In this document: piece by piece, positions 57,116 to 64,000 of the stretch
Layout: each line of letters opens with the position of its first letter
Numbering within the stretch: position 1 is the stretch's first letter
From: Bryobacteraceae bacterium
GTDB lineage: Bacteria; Acidobacteriota; Terriglobia; Bryobacterales; Bryobacteraceae
Assembly (NCBI GenBank): GCA_035297145.1
Contig: DATGZN010000030.1
Coordinates: 6,881-70,880 of the forward strand
Direction: 5' to 3'
DNA length: 64,000 nt
The notes under the pieces: model-generated
Databases searched by the model: none
Told to the model about the DNA's origin: nothing
What the model saw: only the letters and a program-made list of their open reading frames with translations
Translations under genes and position numbers: made by a program

Positions 57116-59077
57116 ATGTGCCGATTTGACCACACAATCTGCCGTGACCTGGATGCGGCCTGCCGCCGCGAATGGCTGGAGACCAACGGAATCGGCGGTT
57201 TTGCGTCCTCGACCATCGTTGGTTTGAATACCCGACGCTACCACGGGCTGCTGGTGGCAGCCACCAAACCACCCGTCGGCCGCATGGTTTTGCTTTCCAA
57301 AATCGAGGAAACGCTGGTCATCGACGGACGCCGGGTGGAACTGTCTTGCAATCAGTATCCGGGCGCGATCCATCCGCAAGGGCACCTGCATATGAAGGAG
57401 TTCCGCCGCGATCCGTTCCCTGTATTTGTCTACGAAGTGGACGGGTGCATGCTCGAGAAATCGGTATTCATGATTCACGGTGAGAACAGCGTGGTCATAC
57501 AGTACAAGCTCAAGGACCGGGTGCGGCGCGCTGGCTCACTCGAACTGCGCCCGCTGATCGCGTTTCGCGATTACCACCGCTTGACTGACGAAAACGGAGT
57601 ATTGAATCCATCGCTGGAGATCGAGAGCGGGAGCGTGCGAATTTCCCCGTACCCGGACCTGCCTTCACTCTATCTGGCTCACTCGAGCGGCGAACTGAAT
57701 CCAGCCGGATATTGGTACCGCAATTTCGAGTACGCGGTTGATCAGCAACGCGGTCTCGACTTCCGGGAAGACCTATTCCAACCCTTCGTGCTGGTGTTCG
57801 ACCTGAGTCGCGAACCGAGTCCGGCGGTGATTGCCTCGACCGAGGCTCACAACATCGAATCGGCCCGTGCGGCTCGAACGGCCGAGATCGAGCGACGGGA
57901 AAGAATTCTGCTATGCGCCCCGTCTAAGAATCCCTTTGTCGTGGAATTGGCACGCGCCGCCGATCAGTTCTTGGTCCGACGCGGCCAGTTCCATTCCGTG
58001 ATCGCCGGTTACCACTGGTTCAGCGACTGGGGCCGTGACGCGATGATTTCCCTCCCCGGTTTAACCCTGGCCATCGGCCGTCCCGAAATCGCGAAGAGCA
58101 TTCTGCTAGCCTTTGCTGCCCACGTGGACCGCGGCATGTTGCCAAATCGATTTCCCGATGCCGGTGAAACGCCGGAGTACAACACGGTGGACGCAACGCT
58201 GTGGTTCTTCGAAGCCGTGCGGGCGTACACCGCGTACACCAACGATTACGAATTCGTCCGCACCAGGCTGTACGAAGTGCTCGCGGACATCATCTCCTGG
58301 CATGAGCGCGGCACGCGCTATGGAATCCGCGTGGACCGCGACGGGCTGCTGCTGGCCGGCGAACCCGGCGTGCAGCTCACCTGGATGGATGCGAAGGCCG
58401 GCGATTGGGTCGTCACTCCGCGGCGCGGCAAGGCCGTCGAGATCCAGGCTCTCTGGTACAATGCGCTGCGCTTCATGGAAGACCTGGCACAAAGACTCGG
58501 CCAGAACGCAGATCGCGCACATTTCGGGGCGTTGGCGGATCGCGCGCAACAGAGCTTTCCAGGGCTGTTTTGGAACGAAGCCGGCGGCTGCCTGCATGAC
58601 GTGGTGGACGGCGAAACGCGTGACGCCTCCATCCGGCCGAATCAGATCTTCGCCGTCAGCCTAGCTCACAAAATGCTGACACCTCAGAAGGCAAGAAGTC
58701 TAGTCGAAACCGTCGAGCGCCACCTGCTCACGCCGTATGGCCTCAGGAGCCTGGCGCCGGGCGATCCGCAGTATCGCGGCCGCTATGAAGGCGACGTCCG
58801 GAGCCGCGACGGCGCCTACCACCAAGGCACGGTTTGGCCTTGGCTCATGGGACCGTTCATTACCGCCTACCTGGAGGTACACGGTCGAGCGCCGGCCGCC
58901 CTGAAGCAGGTCGCGCAATGGCTGGACGAATTGCGCCGCTACATGAACGATGAGAGCGTGGGGCAGATTCCGGAGATCTTCGACGGTGACCCGCCCCACC
59001 GCTCCGGCGGTTGCATTGCACAGGCCTGGAGCGTCGCGGAAGTGTTGCGCGCGGCGATGGAGTTGGAAGTAACATAG
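57116..59077 (+). CDS. Glycogen debranching enzyme / amylo-alpha-1,6-glucosidase family protein.
   Basis: EWLETNGIGGFASSTIVGLNTRRYHGLLV (GDE_N) and GYHWFSDWGRDAMISLPGL...TWMDA (GDE_C). Confidence 0.85.
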   Translation: MCRFDHTICRDLDAACRREWLETNGIGGFASSTIVGLNTRRYHGLLVAATKPPVGRMVLLSKIEETLVIDGRRVELSCNQYPGAIHPQGHLHMKEFRRDPFPVFVYEVDGCMLEKSVFMIHGENSVVIQYKLKDRVRRAGSLELRPLIAFRDYHRLTDENGVLNPSLEIESGSVRISPYPDLPSLYLAHSSGELNPAGYWYRNFEYAVDQQRGLDFREDLFQPFVLVFDLSREPSPAVIASTEAHNIESARAARTAEIERRERILLCAPSKNPFVVELARAADQFLVRRGQFHSVIAGYHWFSDWGRDAMISLPGLTLAIGRPEIAKSILLAFAAHVDRGMLPNRFPDAGETPEYNTVDATLWFFEAVRAYTAYTNDYEFVRTRLYEVLADIISWHERGTRYGIRVDRDGLLLAGEPGVQLTWMDAKAGDWVVTPRRGKAVEIQALWYNALRFMEDLAQRLGQNADRAHFGALADRAQQSFPGLFWNEAGGCLHDVVDGETRDASIRPNQIFAVSLAHKMLTPQKARSLVETVERHLLTPYGLRSLAPGDPQYRGRYEGDVRSRDGAYHQGTVWPWLMGPFITAYLEVHGRAPAALKQVAQWLDELRRYMNDESVGQIPEIFDGDPPHRSGGCIAQAWSVAEVLRAAMELEVT

Positions 59078-59081
59078 ATCC

Positions 59082-60530
59082 ATGTTGCCGGTGAGAAATC
59101 CAACGCGCCGCAGTGTGTTGCAGCAAGCCGGCGGTGTCGTCGCGGCGAGCTTCCACATTCTTCGAGCGGCGGTGCGGAATACCGATATCCGCGTCGAAGA
59201 CGTCTCAATCGCCTACGAGGATTACAAATACCGTACGCCCATCAAGTTTGGCGGCCACGTACTGGACCGCGCGACGCTGCTTAACGTGAATTGCTCCGTG
59301 CGCACGGGCGACGGGCGTATTGCCAAGGGTTTTGGATCGATGCCGCTGGGTAACATCTGGTCGTTCCCATCGAAGGTTTTGTCCTATGAAGCAACGCTTG
59401 GGGCGATGCAGGCGCTCGCGGCGCAGCTCGCCAAAATCACCGCGCACTACAAAGACTTTGGTCATCCCATCGACATCAGTTGGGCACTTGATCCCATGTA
59501 TCGCAAAGCGGCCGCCGATGTTTCGGAGCGGCTCAGCCTCGCCGAGCCCATTCCGCCGCTCTGCGCACTGGTAACGGCAAGCGCGTTCGATGCCGCCATT
59601 CACGATGCTTTCGGCAAGGCGCACGGTCTCAATTGCTATCACACCTACGGCCCGGAATTCATGAAGTACGATCTGGGCCACTACCTGGGACCGGAGTACA
59701 AGGGGGAATTTCCCAGCCGCTATGTGAGCCAGGAACCCAAGCGCCGGATGCCGGTGTATCATCTGGTTTCGGCGATCGATCCGATCGAAGAATCCGACAT
59801 CACCAAGCGCATCAACGACGGCCTACCGGAAACCCTGCCGGAGTGGATACGCTACAACGGCCTGACGCACTTTAAGATCAAACTCAACGGTGACGATCGA
59901 AAATGGGACGTCGAGCGCGTGCTGCACGTCGACCGCGTCACCACGCAAACGCAGCGGCAGCGCGGCGCCAAGGAGTGGGTCTACTCGCTGGACTTTAATG
60001 AGAAATGCCCCAACGTGCAGTACCTGCTGGATTTTCTGCACGAGGTCAAAGAGAAGACTGCCGAAGGTTACGAGCGCATCCAGTATGTGGAGCAGCCCAC
60101 GGCGCGCGATCTCAAAGCGCATCCCGAAAACATGATGCAGGAGGCGGCGAAGCTGCGGCCGGTCGTGATCGACGAGTCACTGACCGACGTCGAGGCCTTG
60201 CTGTTATCGCAGAAAATGGGCTACACGGGAGCGGCGCTGAAGGCCTGCAAGGGGCAGAGCCACATGATGCTGATCGCCTCTGTCGCGGAGAAGCACAAGT
60301 TATTCCTCTGCGTTCAGGATCTGACCTGCCCGGGCGCCTCGCTGATTCAATCCGCCGCACTCGCCGCGCACGTGCCGGGTGTCGCCGCCATCGAGGCTAA
60401 CTCGCGCCAGTTCATGCCCGAGGCCAACCGGGCGTGGGAGAGCAGATTTCCAGGGATCTTTCGCATCACCGATGGAACGATGGACACCTCAGAACTGAAC
60501 AAGGTCGGACTCGGCGCCGTGGAAGGTTGA
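59082..60530 (+). CDS. Enolase-superfamily (mandelate racemase/muconate-lactonising-like) protein with a twin-arginine-type N-terminus.
   Basis: PTRRSVLQQAGG Tat-like motif. HFKIKLNGDD, YVEQPT and VIDESL metal-ligand-region motifs. Confidence 0.65.
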   Translation: MLPVRNPTRRSVLQQAGGVVAASFHILRAAVRNTDIRVEDVSIAYEDYKYRTPIKFGGHVLDRATLLNVNCSVRTGDGRIAKGFGSMPLGNIWSFPSKVLSYEATLGAMQALAAQLAKITAHYKDFGHPIDISWALDPMYRKAAADVSERLSLAEPIPPLCALVTASAFDAAIHDAFGKAHGLNCYHTYGPEFMKYDLGHYLGPEYKGEFPSRYVSQEPKRRMPVYHLVSAIDPIEESDITKRINDGLPETLPEWIRYNGLTHFKIKLNGDDRKWDVERVLHVDRVTTQTQRQRGAKEWVYSLDFNEKCPNVQYLLDFLHEVKEKTAEGYERIQYVEQPTARDLKAHPENMMQEAAKLRPVVIDESLTDVEALLLSQKMGYTGAALKACKGQSHMMLIASVAEKHKLFLCVQDLTCPGASLIQSAALAAHVPGVAAIEANSRQFMPEANRAWESRFPGIFRITDGTMDTSELNKVGLGAVEG

Positions 60531-60929
60531 TCACGCCGTCCGGAAGAGTTCGTCGATCTCAACCTGGTATCCACTTGCCAGGCGATTGGTCTCGTTAGCC
60601 ATGCCGACCACCGACATCAACTCCGCCAGCATGGCGTCGGTCATCCCGGCCTTTCGAGCGGCGGCGGTGTGTGAGGCGATGCAATATCCGCACTGGTTGG
60701 TCGCGCTCACAGCGAGATAAAGCATCTCCTTGGTGAGGGCGTCGAGCGCTCCCGGCGCCATGATTTCCTTAATACTCAGCCAGGTGCGCCGCAAAGTTGC
60801 CGGATCGTTGGCCAGCGCTTTCCAGAAATTGTTGATCCAATCCGTCTGGCGCGTGGCCATGATGTCGTCGTAGATGGCCCGCACCTCGGCGGTCGCGTTT
60901 TCGTATTCGATGAGTCCCAATGTCGCCAT
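60531..60929 (-). CDS. Carboxymuconolactone decarboxylase (AhpD-like) family protein.
   Basis: CGYCIASH CxxC motif within the AhpD-like helical pattern. Confidence 0.75.
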   Translation of the reverse strand: MATLGLIEYENATAEVRAIYDDIMATRQTDWINNFWKALANDPATLRRTWLSIKEIMAPGALDALTKEMLYLAVSATNQCGYCIASHTAAARKAGMTDAMLAELMSVVGMANETNRLASGYQVEIDELFRTA

Positions 60930-60969
60930 GAGGGCAATCTAACACCCTCGTGGCGACAAAGGCGGGTAT

Positions 60970-63900
60970 CTAGAAGCTAATGCGCAGCGCGAGTTGCAGC
61001 AAGCGCGGGTCATACGTGCCGGTGATCTGGCCCAGATTCCCTGTCCCTACCGATATGAAGTTGCACTGAGGGACGCCGTTGACACCGGTGGAGCACCCTG
61101 GATTTTCGAACTCGGTGTGATTGAAGAGGTTGAACGCCTCCGCACGGAATTCCGCCTTCCACCGCTCCCCAAATTGAAACGTCTTGGCGAGTGCCAGATC
61201 CAGATTCGTCCGGCCGGGACCGCGGATGGCATTGCGAGGCAGCGTCCCGTAGGTTCCCTGACCGGCGGCGTGCGGCGATCCGTCGCCTTGCGGAAGAGTG
61301 AAATCGTTGGGACTATACCAGAAGTTCCCCGTGACGGGTCCGTTGGGCGTATTGATGGTCTGCGTTTGCTTTGGATTGAGAATCTGCACACGGGATGTGG
61401 TGAGGTCCGCCTGAACGTTACCCGGGTCTCCGGCGCCGGATGGGCCCGGATCGGTGGGGTCAAAGCTTGAGAAGCCGGCACTTACGTTGATCGGGAAACC
61501 TGTGCGCCAGCTCAATATGGGATATAGGGACCATCCTTTCGTCAGGAGTTTAGGCCCGCCGCCAAACCAACGGTCAAACGGTAGGTCCCAACCGCCGCTG
61601 AAAGAGAACCGCTGGCGAACGTCCTGATCCGAATCGGCCCGGAACTCATTGTGGTTGTAATAGGGGACCACATTACTCCGCTGGCGAAAGCCAGACGCGT
61701 TGTCGATGCTGTGCCCCCACGTGTAAGCAAGGGTGAAAAACGTATTTCCGATCCCGCGCGAATCCGCAAATTGGCGCGTCAGGCTGGCTTCGAACGCGTT
61801 GTAAACTTGGTTGACAATGTTGTCGAATGTATCCAAATATGCGAATCCGTTGCTGGCGGTCAGACCGTATTCGGCATTCAGGAGCCGGTTGGTTGTCCCA
61901 AGGATCATCGGATTTTCGTCGACTAGCGAGGTTAGACCGTGGGCCGAGCTACCGACGTAGGTTAGTTCTCCCACAAGGCTGTGCGCCAATTCCTGCTGCA
62001 GGCTGAAACTGTAGTCATACACATATGGCGTGTAAATATGCGGGTTCACAAGGAATACCGAGCCGATTCCAAACGGGAGCGCGCCGATCGCGTTAAAGTC
62101 AACGTTTTTCGACGGCGGCCTGGATGGGAATGGGTCTGCGATTCCAGCGGCGGCATAAGGATCAGAAAGGTAGTTCAGGGGGCCGGTGGGATTGGCCGAA
62201 AGCGGGTTGAGCGCGAAGCCCACGGCACCAAAGAAGGGCGCCTGCCCGTTGAATTGCAGGTTGTCTTCGCCCTTCAAGATGTCGTAGAAAACTCCGAAGC
62301 CCGTGCGGATGCTGGTTTTTCCATTGCCGAAGACGTCCCAGGCGATTCCCACACGCGGCGCAAAGTTGTCCTTATCCGGAAAGTTGACTCCACGTGGAGC
62401 TCCGGGATCTCCGGGGAACAATACGCCAACGGGAGCGTTCACGAAGCGCTGCGACTGTTTTCCGGGAATGATCGAAAACGTGCGGCCCTGCGTATCCAGT
62501 TTCGGCGTGGCGTATTCATAGCGAAGACCCAAGGTCAGGGTAAGGTTCCTGCGCATGTGCCACTCATCTTGAGCAAAGAAATCCGTATGCTTGGTGCGGA
62601 TATTAGACGGCGCTGCTCCATACTGCGTAAAGGAGTCTGGCAGGCCAAAAAGGAAATCTGCCAGCGAATTTCCGGACCCGATGCCGCCACCGGTTCCGGA
62701 GATGTTGAAGGACCCGTCTATGATGAAGTCGTACACCGTGTTGCCCTGATAGGCGGAGAAGTCTGCGCCGAACTTCCAGTTGTGACGCCCGCGAATCCAT
62801 GTGAGAACGTCCGAGTAAATATACGTGGTGTTGTTGAACGTGGTTGGCCCGCTGTAATCGAACCCAGTGGCTAAACCTGACTGGAATGATAACAATGGAG
62901 GACCAGTGGCGTTATCCGAGGGGATATTCATCCCGAGTTGGGACGCCGTGGGCAGCTTCGCTGCCGGCGCGGCTTGCAGATCGTGAGATCGCTGCACGGT
63001 CACGCGTGCTTCGTTTAATAGCGTGGGGGAGAAGGTTTTCGTGTAGACGACGTTGCCAAAGTACTGGGCGAAGAGAGTTGTGTCTGGGTAGCCAGGAACA
63101 TCGGCGGCAATCGTAAACGGACTGAGGGTTGGGTTCCGGTTCCACCCTAATGTTCCGGACAGCCGATCATTGGGCGTAATCAGATAGTCGATCTTCCCAG
63201 TCAGTTCATTACGGTTGTCAGTGGACGCGCCTTCGGGAGTCAGCAAGCCTGAAGCGGTACTGGGAAGCAGCCCAGCCTTGATGTAAGCCTGTGCGACCGG
63301 GTCGATTCTAGTGGGATCAATAATGGCCTGTGCTGCCAAGGTCGGGTTGGGCTGGAAGTAGGGAAACTGCTGTAGGAATTTAGACACAAGAGTATCCGGA
63401 CTGCCCCCCGCCGCCTGCGAAAAATCGCCGTTGAGCTCAGCCGGTGTATAGATCGTTACGGTTGGGTTGGACGCCGTGGCCGATTGGTGCTGGCCTTGAT
63501 AACCCACGAAAAAGAACAACTTGTCGTGTCCGTGAATTACCTTTGGAATCGTGACTGGCCCGCCCAGCGTAGCCCCGAATTGGTTCCGCTTTAGGATAGG
63601 CACGGGCAGACTCTGCTGGTTGTTCAAGAAGGTGTTGGCATTGAAATCGTTGTTGCGGACAAACTCAAACAAACTGCCGTGAAGGTCGTTGGTACCCGAC
63701 TTGGTCACCACGCTGACGATTCCGCCGGAGTTGCGGCCGTATTCGGCCGTGTAGTTGTTCTGGAGCACTCGGAATTCCGCTACGGTATCGGGGTTGGGAT
63801 TGTATACAACGCTATTGTTAGTCAAGTCGTTGTTCATTCCGCCATCCAGCAGGAAGGTCACGGAATCGGACCGCCCTCCGGCCACGCTGTAGTTACCCGC

Positions 63901-64000
63901 TGAGCCGTTGTCTGGATTTGTCTCGACGACACCCGGAAGGGTGAGGGCGAGGTCAAGCACGTTGCGGCCGTTCAGAGGCAGTTCCTGGACTGGCCGGCCG
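60970..64000 (-). CDS. TonB-dependent receptor (Acidobacteria-type). The N-terminus is outside the window.
   Basis: The frame stays open to nt 64000. The plug motif ELPLNGRNVLDL spans the called 'start' at 63960. C-terminal ...LQLALRISF. Confidence 0.85.
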   Translation of the reverse strand, partial: GRPVQELPLNGRNVLDLALTLPGVVETNPDNGSAGNYSVAGGRSDSVTFLLDGGMNNDLTNNSVVYNPNPDTVAEFRVLQNNYTAEYGRNSGGIVSVVTKSGTNDLHGSLFEFVRNNDFNANTFLNNQQSLPVPILKRNQFGATLGGPVTIPKVIHGHDKLFFFVGYQGQHQSATASNPTVTIYTPAELNGDFSQAAGGSPDTLVSKFLQQFPYFQPNPTLAAQAIIDPTRIDPVAQAYIKAGLLPSTASGLLTPEGASTDNRNELTGKIDYLITPNDRLSGTLGWNRNPTLSPFTIAADVPGYPDTTLFAQYFGNVVYTKTFSPTLLNEARVTVQRSHDLQAAPAAKLPTASQLGMNIPSDNATGPPLLSFQSGLATGFDYSGPTTFNNTTYIYSDVLTWIRGRHNWKFGADFSAYQGNTVYDFIIDGSFNISGTGGGIGSGNSLADFLFGLPDSFTQYGAAPSNIRTKHTDFFAQDEWHMRRNLTLTLGLRYEYATPKLDTQGRTFSIIPGKQSQRFVNAPVGVLFPGDPGAPRGVNFPDKDNFAPRVGIAWDVFGNGKTSIRTGFGVFYDILKGEDNLQFNGQAPFFGAVGFALNPLSANPTGPLNYLSDPYAAAGIADPFPSRPPSKNVDFNAIGALPFGIGSVFLVNPHIYTPYVYDYSFSLQQELAHSLVGELTYVGSSAHGLTSLVDENPMILGTTNRLLNAEYGLTASNGFAYLDTFDNIVNQVYNAFEASLTRQFADSRGIGNTFFTLAYTWGHSIDNASGFRQRSNVVPYYNHNEFRADSDQDVRQRFSFSGGWDLPFDRWFGGGPKLLTKGWSLYPILSWRTGFPINVSAGFSSFDPTDPGPSGAGDPGNVQADLTTSRVQILNPKQTQTINTPNGPVTGNFWYSPNDFTLPQGDGSPHAAGQGTYGTLPRNAIRGPGRTNLDLALAKTFQFGERWKAEFRAEAFNLFNHTEFENPGCSTGVNGVPQCNFISVGTGNLGQITGTYDPRLLQLALRISF

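Overview
High-GC bacterial chromosome segment. By inference it is Acidobacteria-like: it has three orphan MacB/FtsX-type ADOP permeases with no ABC ATPase nearby, two very large TonB-dependent receptors with an N-terminal carboxypeptidase-regulatory-like domain, and a type-II-like egtB-egtD pair. The window splits into two parts.

(1) nt 1 to about 23,040 is the right arm of an integrated genomic island. It ends in a tyrosine integrase (21606-22787). It also carries a serine resolvase with a res-like site, an ArdC anti-restriction gene and a metal-type MerR cassette. The rest is packed with conflict or defence modules:
- a DUF499 ATPase, truncated by the window edge;
- a tightly packed cluster of seven same-strand genes behind the one promoter I can recognise (no internal terminator seen): an AAA+ ATPase and S8 subtilase (IetAS-like), then multiubiquitin, E1 and DUF6527 (a ubiquitin-like conjugation set), then an AlbA_2/Schlafen-like protein and a 152-aa kinase-like protein;
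- a convergent four-gene operon, with two ATGA start/stop overlaps, encoding a small protein, a protein with an Rx4H (HEPN-like) motif, a second AlbA_2 protein and a TIGR02391-type protein;
- a Gabija-like OLD nuclease plus UvrD helicase pair.

(2) nt about 23,040-64,000 is ordinary core genome: rpoN-hpf-rapZ, panBC, hutUIG, egtBD, peptidases, a GH29 fucosidase, a glycogen debranching enzyme and TonB receptors. It begins with two unusual items at the island junction. One is a decayed ADOP gene fragment. The other is an unannotated 48-codon ORF with a double-glycine leader motif, placed directly upstream of a TPR/GT41 glycosyltransferase and two ADOP permeases.

Most worth follow-up are the seven-gene protease/ubiquitin-like/Schlafen cluster and the four-gene HEPN-like/AlbA_2 operon. 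All family assignments come from motif recognition by eye. No searches were run.
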